Shown here: piece by piece, positions 13,344-23,581 of the stretch | How positions within the stretch are numbered: the first letter of the stretch is position 1 | Layout: every line of letters begins with the position of its first letter | DNA from: Rozella allomycis CSF55 | Taxonomy: Eukaryota | Direction of reading: 5' to 3' | DNA length: 44,648 bases | NCBI GenBank assembly: GCA_000442015.1 | Contig: KE560848.1 | Span: forward strand, 219,389-264,036 | Notes under the pieces: generated by a model | The model's database searches: none | What the model was told of the DNA's origin: nothing | The model's input: only the letters and a program-made list of their open reading frames with translations | Program-made: the position numbers and the translations under genes

Positions 13344-16300
13344 ATGTCTGACCCAAACATTATCAAAGACGATGCTGAATATAAATCCCAACCACAATTG
13401 GTAAAAAATATTAATGGACATGATAGGAAAGTAATATGGAGATCGACAAGGGTGAAAGTGGATTGAATGGTAGCGGCATAGATAAGAGCCAGGAAGAGAA
13501 ATTTGAGCAAATCGAGGCAGAGTATCAAAAGACAATGGTGGAATTAGCAGAGGATCCAATGCTCCAAAAATTTAAAGTTGAGTATGAAAAGATCCACAGA
13601 ATATTATTGAAATCTCGTGAAAATGAAAAAAAGCTGATTCAGAAATGCAAAGATATTGGGCAGGAATTGTCGTTATCTACTAGCAAAGTTCAGCAGGCGA
13701 TGAAAATGTCACAAGCTGATAGAACAACAATTGCTAATTTGAACAAGGAGATTGAAAAGGCGTGGAAGATGGTGGAAACCTCTAATGAAAAGGAAGCAAA
13801 ATCGCGAGAAGGAATACAACAGTTGAAGATGGAGATTGCTAATTTGCAAAAAATGATCGAAGGAGGAACAGGGTTGAGCATCGACCAAGAGAGGGCGGTG
13901 AATGAATTGATTCATGTAAGGGGAATAAACTTTGTAGATTTAGATTAAAGAGGAGTTGACTAAAGAGAGAGATTCACAGTTGAACACGATTGTTAGTTTG
14001 AGGAATGAGATTTCCGAGTTGACACAACGAATTAGGACTATGGATGCTGAAAAGACGGAAGCTGAGCATGAAATATCGACGTTGAAAGATTTGATAGCAA
14101 CGAAAAAGAGTGAAGGGGATAGAGAGCAAAGGAACAAAGACAAGTTAGAAAAGGAGTTGAAAGAGGCAAGAACGGTTATTGAAGCTAAGAATGCTGAAGT
14201 GAGAAGCAAGCAAGACATGGTGAATAAAACCAAAGAAGAAATCAATAGAATGGAAACGCAAATGCGAGAGCAAAAAATGTTGTTGGAAAAGGCTCAAAAA
14301 GACCAAGAGACATTGACGACGAGGTAAGAGGAATGAATTTTTTTAACAAGGTAAAACATTACAATGCAAAATAAAGGTCAATCAAGTTGCAGCAAGATTT
14401 TGAAGAGCAAATCTTGGCGACTTCAACAATGTTGGCAGAGAATCAGCAAAAGGCGAATGATTTAAGAATAAAAGAAGAAGAAATTTTAAGAATAAAAGAA
14501 GAAATTAAAAGCGTTAATAAAATTAAAGTAAAAAGCGAAAGAAAGCAAAACAGGAAAATTTGTCACGAAAAATCAAGCAATTGGAGGAGCAAAAATATGA
14601 AGCGGAGCAACAAAGAGATAATATTAAAGTAATGTGTGAAACTGGGTAAAAAAGAATATAAATCATACGTTTGAACGAGAGATTGAAGGATTGAAGAAGG
14701 CGGCTGAGCAAGATAAAAAAGCTTTGGAGGATTTAGTTAGGGAGAGAGATATTTTGAATAGGAGTGTGGTGAAAGCGAACAATTCCACTACAAAGCAATC
14801 AAATCTTGTTAAAATTAATGAGCAAGCAATAAGAAATTTAGAGAATGAGATTTCTAGTTATAAAGAAGAAGCTTCAAAGCAAAGAAAGGTAAAAGGGGGT
14901 TGAGATTTAGAATAGGTAAATTTTTATTTTCTATTTTGAAAGATTATTTTTCAATTAGAAAAGGAGAGAGATAAATACATTTCAGAAGCAACGGAAATAC
15001 AAGCGCTATTTCATCAGTCTTTGGAAGATTTGAAGATGAAGGAATTGGAAATTTTTGATTTAAAAAAGAAGATTTCCGAATCTGAAACTAAATTGAAGCA
15101 GCAGCAAGTATAAATGGTTTTAATGTTGAATAGAATTTGTATGAAGCTGTTCGTAGTGATAGAAACCTTTATAGCAAAAACTTGATAGAGAGCCAAGATG
15201 AAATAATGGAAATGAAGCGGAAATTAAAAATAATGAATCATCAAATAGAGCAACTGAAACAAGAAATTGGATCAAAAGAAGTAAATCTGAATTCTGAAAT
15301 TTCAGAAATAGGCGGCCTTAGTTAAAGAGCATTTTGAGCATCAAAAAGTACAAAAAGAAAAAGAGAGTTTAAAAAATGAATTAAATAAATTAAAACAACA
15401 AAACGACTTGGCGCAACAATATATTCAGAATCAGTCAACAGAAGAACAAAAATTGAGACATATAATTAGTGAAGCTGACAAGGAAAAGGTGCAGCAAAAG
15501 AAGGAATTCGACTCTATCGTTCAAGAGAGAGTAAAGGGGATTTAAGGATTCAAAAAGGATATTTTAGGAACACAATTAATAAGAAGGAATGATGAATTGG
15601 CCCTCTTGTATGAAAAAATAAAAATTCAGCAATCAACGTTGAACAAGGGTGAAATTCAATACAGAGAAAGACTTGAAGATTTGAGGGTTTTAAAATTAGA
15701 AATAAAGAGATTAAGAAGAGAAAAAAATCTTCTCCAATCTGAAACCGTCAACGTTGATGGATTAAGACAAGAAATTTACAGAATCCAAAGAGAATTGCTA
15801 AGGGAAAGAACCAAAGTGAAAGTGTTGGAAGAAGAATTGGAAAACCCAATGAACATTCATCGTTGGAGAAAATTAGAAGGGAGCGATCCAGCGGCGTTTG
15901 AAATGATTCAGAAAATTCAAACTTTGCAAAAGAGATTAATTTCTAAAACTGAAGATGTTGTGGAAAAAGAATTAATCATTCAATCAAAAGAAAAATTATA
16001 CGTCGAGTTGAAGAATATTCTAGCCAGACAGCCTGGCCCTGAATTGGCTGAGCAAGTCAACGTTTATCAGCAACAACTGAAAAATAAAACTAGACAATTA
16101 AAAGTAAATAAATTTCTTTTTTTCTTTCTATTAAAGGCTATGGCTTCGGAACTAAACATGTACCAGGCTCAAGTCAATGAATATCGCTTTGAAATAGAAA
16201 GAATCAACAAAGACATGATTCATCTCAAAAAGAAATATTTTGATCAGAAAAAGAAAGAAATCAAAAGGTAAATTTTCATTATTTAAAGAAATCAAAAGGT

Positions 16301-16440
16301 AAATTTTCATTATTTTCTTTATCTGAAATCAGCCAAACTCTATCATTCCATCAATAGACCAAAATGGTCCTAAATTTGTTGGCGCGGGATTTAACATGAA
16401 TACACTTAAAGCGTCAATAATAGAAGCTGAAGCGACTTGA
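13344..16440 (+). CDS. CFAP58: Cilia- and flagella-associated protein 58 (CCDC147), long coiled coil
   Basis: LYEAVRSDRNLYSKNLIESQDEI, RDILGTQLIRRNDELALLYEKIKIQ, ELENPMNIHRWRKLEGSDP and C-terminal PKFVGAGF. It has many introns; the 3' splice structure near 16268-16332 is ambiguous. Confidence 0.9.
16254..16315 (+). repeat. Exact 31-bp tandem duplication spanning a CFAP58 5' splice site
   Basis: aaagaaatcaaaaggtaaattttcattattt occurs at 16254-16284 and again at 16285-16315. Confidence 0.95.
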
Positions 16441-16559
16441 GTAAAGGATTCAACTGGTCAAATATAGAGCATTTGTAAAAATAAATTGCATTTACCCATT
16501 TTAAATGTTTTTTATTTAAGATTTTAAATAGTTTGTTATTTAATTTACATTGTCACAGA

Positions 16560-17072
16560 TTAAGTGCTGGATTTTATAATGTAATAAAGGGGCCTTAGCT
16601 CATCCAACATTGGAAGAAAATTCTTTACAACAAAATTCATCTCTTTACCTCAAATAATACAACCAACTCTTTACTCTTCTTACATCTAATTGCAAGATAG
16701 TGCACAACCTTGAATCTAGTAATACCTTCAACAATTAAAACTTCATCAATGTCAACACTATCAATAAAGCACTTCTTTATTGGTCCAATCCCATAATACG
16801 TCGACAACTGTATTCCTACCTGGGGTATCAACAACACAGACTCTTTATCACAATCTATTACATTTCTTACCTTGTCTAACGGTTGTCTTGAAATAAAAAA
16901 CAAATAAAACCACTATAAAAAATGCAGCATATATATAATTCAACGTAAAGCAATACAAGAGAACCTGTTAATTTGTTAACTTTTGTCTTACCCCCAAAAT
17001 TGCTGCATAAAAAATGTCTGATATACTAACAATGTTTTTATCATTTTTGATCGATATTTGTTTGGAATTCAT
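16560..17072 (-). CDS. GPI15: GPI-GlcNAc transferase subunit PIG-H/Gpi15
   Basis: Hydrophobic N-terminal segments, then ESVLLIPQVGIQLSTYY...IDEVLIVEGI.RFKVVHYLAI...LVVLFENFLP. Three short introns. Confidence 0.85.
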
Positions 17073-17224
17073 TCCTAATTGCTTTATCCAAACACTACTA
17101 TCTTTCATCAATCAATATTTCCAAAATTATATCAAATGTAATGATGGATTTAATACTGGAAAAGAAAATTAATATTGCCAATTTTGAATAATTGATTAAT
17201 GTCGTTTCCGCTTACAGTACAAGA

Positions 17225-18871
17225 ATGAAATTTCAAATACAAGTTGGAGTTAATGTCGAGAGATGTTTTCCCGTAAATCAAAATCTTTATCTCTTCACCG
17301 ATGATAAACACTTATATTCATTTAAAAGACAACGACATAACGAATTTGATACAGTAAAAATCGCAGAATATTCACCTGCTAAAGTTGCCTTTATTCCTGC
17401 ACTAAACATTGTATTCTACATTAAACAAGGAAGGCTAGTTGGTATTTACTTAAACAACTTCAAGGAAGTACACCCTTTGCCAAAAATATCCAATTTAGTT
17501 GATCTTCAAGAACACAATGGCATCTTGTATCTAACTACATCCTTTACATTTATAAAACTCCAGTTCTGGAACGACTCGATCAAGGTTACTCATACTTTTA
17601 TGATTCCACAACATGAAGGAAAGGTTAAAATTCAATACTGCGACGATTGCATCCTCTACATTTCAAAAGGCAATACGCTGTATCAGTTGACAGACAATGG
17701 ATTTAAAACTATGCGCGAATTCTCAAATGATATATACTCACCAATTTTCAAAAATGAAAGATTAGGCTTTCTTTTATGCAATGGCGATGAAGAGGAAACG
17801 GATCACTTTGTCCAAAATGTTGACAGCATCGTACAAGTTGATCCAGAAACTTTTAAAATATTCAATAAGGGTATTGAATATGATGGGTTGTGTCATATGA
17901 ACGATCTATTCCTTGGTTGGAGAGGACATTGCCTATTCCTTCATGAGGACATAAAATTAATTGATAGGAGACCGCTTTTTCAAAGATTAAAAGAAGATGT
18001 ATTTCAGGATATTAAATTCATGGTTACTCTAATTTCAGAATCACTTTTTGCAATCACGTTTAGTAACTTTGAGGATCATCTGAAAATTGAATTCATTGTT
18101 TCAGAGCAAATGGTAAGTCTTGGAAGGTATTTAAATTTAAATGAAAAAACAAAATTGTACTTTGAAAACTACTGTAATAATATGACTATGGAACTATCAA
18201 GTTTTGAGAAATTACGAAATTTACTCTTAAGCTTTAATGATTTTCAAGACAATTTAAGATATTTTCACGTTGTAGTTCCACGGAAAGGTAGTACTGCAAG
18301 ATTCAGGGGTACTGAAAATGTTATTTGCTGCTTTGCTACAACACGAGTAAATTCCTTACAGAGGGAAGATAGCATTTCTAAACCATTAATTCGACTATTC
18401 AAGACGCTAGGTAAGAATTCTGGGAAGATATTGATTGACATTTTGTCTAATTTTGTTCTGATATACGCAAAGAGGCCCACTATTTTGTTTGAAATTCTAT
18501 CTCAACTCTCTAATGATATATTGCTTCCAAGCGTATTGAAATCTACATTAAGGAATATTATGAATCTCTATATGAAACAACTCAATCAACTAGGTCATTT
18601 TTCTAGAATGGCGGATGTTTCTGTATTATTGAATGGAATATTGAAAGAAGAACTCACGATGGCCCAAAAACTGTTTCCGAAATCAATACATGAAAAATTT
18701 AACCTCGCAATAACTGAAGATCCAAATAGTCGGTTCCATAATCCATCAAAAGCATTCATATGTATCTTTTGTGAAAAACGCATAAAATCTGAGATTGTTT
18801 GGTGTAGATTTTGCGGCTCTGTGTTGCATTCTCATCATTATATTGCACACAATAATTCACATACTAAATAA
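17225..18871 (+). CDS. Intronless hypothetical protein: beta-rich N-terminus, helical middle, C-terminal Cys/His zinc finger
   Basis: 548-codon ORF from ATG at 17225, ending in CIFC-x10-CRFC-x4-H-x2-H. The family assignment is uncertain. Confidence 0.75.
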   Translation: MKFQIQVGVNVERCFPVNQNLYLFTDDKHLYSFKRQRHNEFDTVKIAEYSPAKVAFIPALNIVFYIKQGRLVGIYLNNFKEVHPLPKISNLVDLQEHNGILYLTTSFTFIKLQFWNDSIKVTHTFMIPQHEGKVKIQYCDDCILYISKGNTLYQLTDNGFKTMREFSNDIYSPIFKNERLGFLLCNGDEEETDHFVQNVDSIVQVDPETFKIFNKGIEYDGLCHMNDLFLGWRGHCLFLHEDIKLIDRRPLFQRLKEDVFQDIKFMVTLISESLFAITFSNFEDHLKIEFIVSEQMVSLGRYLNLNEKTKLYFENYCNNMTMELSSFEKLRNLLLSFNDFQDNLRYFHVVVPRKGSTARFRGTENVICCFATTRVNSLQREDSISKPLIRLFKTLGKNSGKILIDILSNFVLIYAKRPTILFEILSQLSNDILLPSVLKSTLRNIMNLYMKQLNQLGHFSRMADVSVLLNGILKEELTMAQKLFPKSIHEKFNLAITEDPNSRFHNPSKAFICIFCEKRIKSEIVWCRFCGSVLHSHHYIAHNNSHTK

Positions 18872-18946
18872 ATAATTATGAAGAAATAAAGTTTTTTTCA
18901 ATTCATATTTATCGATTCTCGACTTTAAATAAGCTTCGTGAATTCT

Positions 18947-20001
18947 ATGAGTCCACAAAGTGACACTCCATTGTCCATTCATCTTTTGTCGGGTGGAATA
19001 GCAGGATTAGTTGAATCATGTTGTTGCCATCCTTTGGACACTATAAAAGTTAGAATGCAGTTACGAAACAGCGATGCTAGAACCGAGGTAATCATCCCCA
19101 TCCCGTCATTATACAGAAAATTGGGCTCATTGGAACTACAAAGAGGATCTTTAAAAATGAAGGTAACATTACGTCTCTTCTCACAAAAGGGGCATTCGCT
19201 TTCTATAAAGGATTTGGCCCTGTTGTGTGCGCTATAGTTCCTAAGATGTCCATAAGGTTTCTCTCTTTTGAATATTTCAAGCGTCAAATTACGAATGGAG
19301 ACCTTAATCAAGTGACCCCAAGTGTGAATTTTACGGGTAATAGGTCATTATTCTTTTGTTTCACTAGCTGGCTTATTAGCAGGGATTACAGAGTCGTATT
19401 TTGTAGTTACACCTTTTGATGTGGTGAAAATACGGCTTCAAGCCCAAAGGCACTCATTGGCAGATCCATTGGATATTCCAAAGTATCGCAATGCGGCGCA
19501 TTGCATTTTTACTATCTTAAAAGAAGAAGGTCCAATTGCACTGTATAAAGGCGCCAGTCTGACAGCGACAAGACAAGGTACAAGTATCCATATTTTGCAA
19601 CTTTAGCGACAAATCAAGCAGTTAATTTTAGCTGCTATCATGAATTCAAAAAGCGATGGACAGAGTATGGAAACGTAAAGGAATTATCCTCTATTCAGCA
19701 TTTGCTTTTAGGAGGACTTTCTGGTGCCATGGGCCCGATTGCTAATGCCCCAATCGATACAATAAAAACAAGAGTTCAAAAGCAGGGAAACGTTCTTGGT
19801 CAATCTGGTTTTACTCAAATTAAAAATGCGTTCAAAATTATTCTTGCATCAGAAGGAATTTCTGGCCTTTATAAAGGACTCGCTCCAAGATTGTTGAGAG
19901 TAGCCCCTGGTCAGGCAATTACTTTTATGGTCTACGAAAAGACGAAAAGTTTGCTTGTGTTTAATAGACCCGTGACTGATCCTGTGACCCTTGATGAATA
20001 A
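18947..20001 (+). CDS. SFC1: Mitochondrial succinate/fumarate carrier
   Basis: Three PxDxxKxR carrier motifs, CHPLDTIKVRMQL, RLQAQRHSLADPLDIPKYRNAAH and PRLLRVAPGQA. Four 27-31 nt introns. Confidence 0.93.
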
Positions 20002-20360
20002 ATAAACGCCTTTTAAGAAATATTTTCTCGAACAGATATCTATATTGGCACTTTGACTGCCTATAATTTTCTGAAACATCCATACCCACTTCTTTAGACC
20101 TGACTGGAATGATGCCTTTGTTATTCTGGACACACGGAAGTCATGTGAGAAAACTGACGATATCTGATCGGGACATATTTGATCAAATGAAAATCAAGAA
20201 TCAAGATGCAGCGCTGCAGTCGGTGAAAGGTGGGAGGGTAAGATATTTGTATGACATTTTCGTCCTAAATGACCGTTTTTGTTATAATTCGAGTAAATGA
20301 ACTAATATAGATGAATGTCTCAATTCAATTTCAAGAAATTAAAATGTTTATTATGAAATA

Positions 20361-21221
20361 CTACTCTTGAATCTTAATTTTCTTGCGATTCTTTGTACCA
20401 AAACAGTTTCTGAGTTGAGTAAGAGAATCTTCAACACTAAAATCTTCGCTTGATGAGATAGAATTGGCAGAAGTAATAAACCAATTGAACCAGCGAAGAA
20501 TTTCAGATAAACTAGCGCTTGAGTTGTACGTTCCGTCGTCTCCAACATTAAGGACTACGATAGGTGAGGCATAAACAATCGCATCCACATCAATAGCAAA
20601 GAAGCGAAAGAGAAGTCCATTGGTTAGAGCAGCAAACACAGGAGTATTCTTTCCAGCGGCCAACCGTTTCTTGAGCAAACATCCTGCTTCACAAAGGACT
20701 TGAGCAATTGAACTATCAGGCCATTCCTGCTTCGCTTGGACAACCAAAATAGACGAGTCCATAGTACCAACATATTGGAATTTAGAGTACCCCAACATAT
20801 AGTCCACATCGCCAGTGTAGCCGAATCCAGTTCCTTCCCAGTCATTCTTAACTTTACAGAATCCCCAAAGGCGATGTAGAGCGGCGTCAGTATTTTTTAA
20901 CAAGACTTCTGTAAGGATTGCGTCAATGACAAGTCGGCAGGCCTTTTCGTTGTCCAATACCCAGACCTGGTCAATCTTCTTCAAAGCTTCACTGAGCCAG
21001 AGACTAGGAGATACTGTTTTAAAATCATCTGGGATGTGAAGTGAAGGAGCTTTGACATTAATATAGTCAAGGTTCAGCGCTAGACCATCAGGTCGAACAC
21101 AGTGGTCATAAGTAGCTTTAGAGAAATTAATAGATGGTTTTTTCTTATTCTTGAATTGCTGGACTTGTTTCCATTCTTCTTCTGTGAGTTCGTTCAAGGT
21201 CTTGCTCAATAGTTCGTCCAT
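20361..21221 (-). CDS. Intronless PD-(D/E)XK restriction-endonuclease-fold protein (CRN-effector-type REase-like)
   Basis: NEKACRLVIDAIL helix, TGDVDY...ILVVQAK...IAQVLCEA...VFAALTNGLLFRF, and a basic C-terminal tail (KNRKKIK). Confidence 0.65.
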   Translation of the reverse strand: MDELLSKTLNELTEEEWKQVQQFKNKKKPSINFSKATYDHCVRPDGLALNLDYINVKAPSLHIPDDFKTVSPSLWLSEALKKIDQVWVLDNEKACRLVIDAILTEVLLKNTDAALHRLWGFCKVKNDWEGTGFGYTGDVDYMLGYSKFQYVGTMDSSILVVQAKQEWPDSSIAQVLCEAGCLLKKRLAAGKNTPVFAALTNGLLFRFFAIDVDAIVYASPIVVLNVGDDGTYNSSASLSEILRWFNWFITSANSISSSEDFSVEDSLTQLRNCFGTKNRKKIKIQE

Positions 21222-21282
21222 TTTGTTTTGAAAAATGAATGTGTAACCTAGCCACCCCCCCTTGACTTTCGGGTTTGGTGAT

Positions 21283-21421
21283 TGGGAAGGACCTGGAATC
21301 GGCTACACTGACATGCAACCAAAAGGCACGAGTCCATAGTATCAACAGATTTGATTTAGTAGGACCCCAACATACCATTACCGTCCACATCGCCAGTGTA
21401 GCCGAATCCAGGTCCTTCCCA
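21283..21421. repeat. 28-bp inverted repeat (27/28 match) with an 83-bp spacer
   Basis: 21283-21310 tgggaaggacctggaatcggctacactg versus the reverse complement of 21394-21421, tgggaaggacctggattcggctacactg. Confidence 0.9.
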
Positions 21422-21480
21422 GACATTTTTGACTTCACAAAATCCCCAAAAAGTTTATTTCGAGCGGCTGTATTTTTTGA
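21312..21480 (-). pseudogene. Degenerate partial paralog of the adjacent REase-fold gene
   Basis: Translates as GFCEVKNVWEGPGFGYTGDVDGNGMLGSY*IKSVDTMDSCLLVA, against GFCKVKNDWEGTGFGYTGDVDYMLGYSKFQYVGTMDSSILVV in the intact gene. It has a stop and a frameshift. Confidence 0.85.
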
Positions 21481-21557
21481 AATATGCTGTAAACGAACTT
21501 GAGGACTTGCGTCGTCACTGCCCAATCAACGACACCATTTTGTAATTTTTTTGCGAA

Positions 21558-21646
21558 CTAGCGGTGCTTCGCTCGCATTAAAAAACTGAATTGTGTTCGA
21601 CTTCGTTATGTTTCTCGCATAGATAAAACCGATACTATAATATAGA
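21558..21646 (-). mobile_element. 89-bp non-autonomous Helitron-like mini-element
   Basis: The minus strand reads A|TCTATATTATAG...TAATGCGAGCGAAGCACCGCTAG|T: 5'-TC, 3'-CTAG, a subterminal GCGAAGC hairpin and an A^T target with no TSD. It shares sequence with copies at 23863 and 24392. Confidence 0.65.
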
Positions 21647-21652
21647 TGGTAN

Positions 21653-22768
21653 GGAACAATTCTGTCATAATTTTCCGCTATGAATTTGTCTATATTACCT
21701 TTTAAAACAAAACTTTCAGATTTCGTAAAGATGGTGGATAGACCGTGATCAGAAAATTTGCTTATAGAGCGCAGATTATGAGAAAATGAAGGACAGTGTA
21801 TTATGTTTTTGATTATGCCTTGAAAATTGTTGGCTTGATAGGACATTGATCCGGTTCCTTCGGAAGTCATATTAGTACCGTTGGCTACATGAATTGTTTC
21901 CAACTGTGGAGCGTAAAAATCAAGATGATCTTTATTGTTCACCATGTGGTTAGAACATCCATAATCGGCCACCCATTTGACGGCAAGCATGGCAGCTGGT
22001 TTTGCGTTGGTCTTCGAAACGTTTGCACAAGTTTTCGTATTTTCATAATGACGATAGTGGAGACCGGCAGCCTTGCATTTGTTGCATGTTGGAGCTTTCT
22101 CAGGATGGAATTTCCAGCATGAACTGGATTCTCGGTGATGTTCACATTGGCGTTTGGCGAGGAAGCTAGAGTGATCAACTTTCTTTTCGCGAACGTTTTG
22201 GAGTTCGTGTTCACGAAGGACCCGGTTACGAACATTTTCTAAGGTCAGAGCTTCCGCTTCTTCATTTTCAATATCTTTTTCAATAATGGAGCGTACATTG
22301 TTGAAGTGCGACGGCAGGGACGAAATACCAATGAGAACAGTCAGGTCGGTAATTTTGATACTATCAGAGCCATTGGATGCTGTAAGATTTCTTTCAAGCG
22401 TTGCCACACGATTAAAACCGTCTTCGAGAGTACCGATAGCAAAGTCGTGCGCAATAAGTTCTTGAATAAATTTGAGTTCCTAGGAACGCTGTTCACTCTT
22501 GTATTGGCTTTTAAGTCGTTCCCATGCATCAGAAGCGTCAACGGTGTCCAGAACTAAGTGAATCAAGGTTTTGTCAAGGTTGTTAACGATGGCATGATGT
22601 GCGTGAGTATTTTCGGTTTTGGGACTATCCTGCTTGTTGTCCCACAGTTGATGTGCCTTTAAGAGTAGTTTCATTTGGAAGGCCCATTATTCAAAGTTTT
22701 CTTGGCCTTTCAGGGGAAAGCCGATGGTTAGCGTAGTGACGTGAGTGCGTGGTGCTGGTAGATCAGCA
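21653..22768 (-). mobile_element. Degenerate Ty1/copia LTR-retrotransposon gag-protease fragment
   Basis: LKGQENFE*WAFQMKLLLKAHQLW (gag N-terminus), ASDAWERLKSQY, knuckle-like H..SSCW..HPE, protease WVADYGCSNHM and IIHCPSFSHNLRSISK. It has in-frame stops and is bounded by Ns at 21652 and 22769. Confidence 0.85.
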
Positions 22769-22859
22769 NTTGTAAAACCACTGGAAATCCTATTTATATC
22801 TAAAGCAAATAATCTATTCTTCTCGGCTGGATATCACTTGAACTTGAATTGGTAAGCTT

Positions 22860-23150
22860 GACCCTTAGCGAAACCAATGTCAGCTTCCTTAAGAGCAGGT
22901 GCATCATTAGTCTCATCGCCAGTTACACCTACAACATTCCCGTCTTTTTTAATAGTATAACTTTTTCAAATTTATCTGTCGGAGAAGATATGACAACAAC
23001 TTGAGCTCTTGGTTAATTTGCCTTCTTCGCTTAATGCCATGAATGCGGGTCAAAATTAACTGAAATTCATTACCTTCAATAGCTATCCCATTTCCATATA
23101 AAATCCCGCATTCTCTGTCAATGTACGATGCTGCTAATACGTTGTCCAAG
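22860..23150 (-). pseudogene. Frameshifted fragment of a P2B Ca2+-ATPase (PMC1/PMCA-like)
   Basis: [40 protein letters not shown] and [27 protein letters not shown] appear in shifting frames; the canonical motif is [21 protein letters not shown]. Confidence 0.85.
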
Positions 23151-23493
23151 GCATTTTTTAACTGATTTTGGAATGGATCCCGCGATGACAAACGAGCTTC
23201 GACAAATGGAAGAATTCGTTGGAACTTGGAAGAGAATTGCACCAAGATCAAATGCAAGATCTGCTTTATATGCTTACGCGACAGGAAGTTGTTCTAATAA
23301 ATTTCAAAATATTATTGTTTTACGTTTTTGTAATAAGAATATCAATTTTGTATGCTGTCCCGAAATGCCTATTCACAACTTCCCCTACCTTTATTGCACG
23401 AATGATGGATCAGTTCTCGAATCGCTTAATCGGACTTGAAATTGAAAGTACAAGGAAATTGAGCAATCAATTAAACTCTTTTTAGTTAAGTGC

Positions 23494-23568
23494 AAGTATG
23501 GAGTACAGATGCCTTTCTAAGGNGTATGATTTTGCAATTGCCTTGAGAGGCATCTGTGCTCCATACTT
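23494..23568. repeat. About 28-bp imperfect inverted repeat around an N gap (MITE/TIR-like)
   Basis: aagtatggagtacagatgcctttctaagg (23494-23522) versus ccttgagaggcatctgtgctccatactt (23541-23568), with an N at 23523. Confidence 0.75.
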
Positions 23569-23581
23569 TTAGACCGTAATT

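Noticed and set aside
20030-20300. Short ORFs downstream of SFC1 (20109-20300 + and 19849-20133 -)
   Set aside because: No recognisable motif or convincing splice model; possibly debris at the edge of the repeat island.
21526-22407. The 293-aa ORF as an intact gene
   Set aside because: It is a copia gag-protease piece with upstream in-frame stops, and it reads through an N gap into unrelated Helitron-like sequence.
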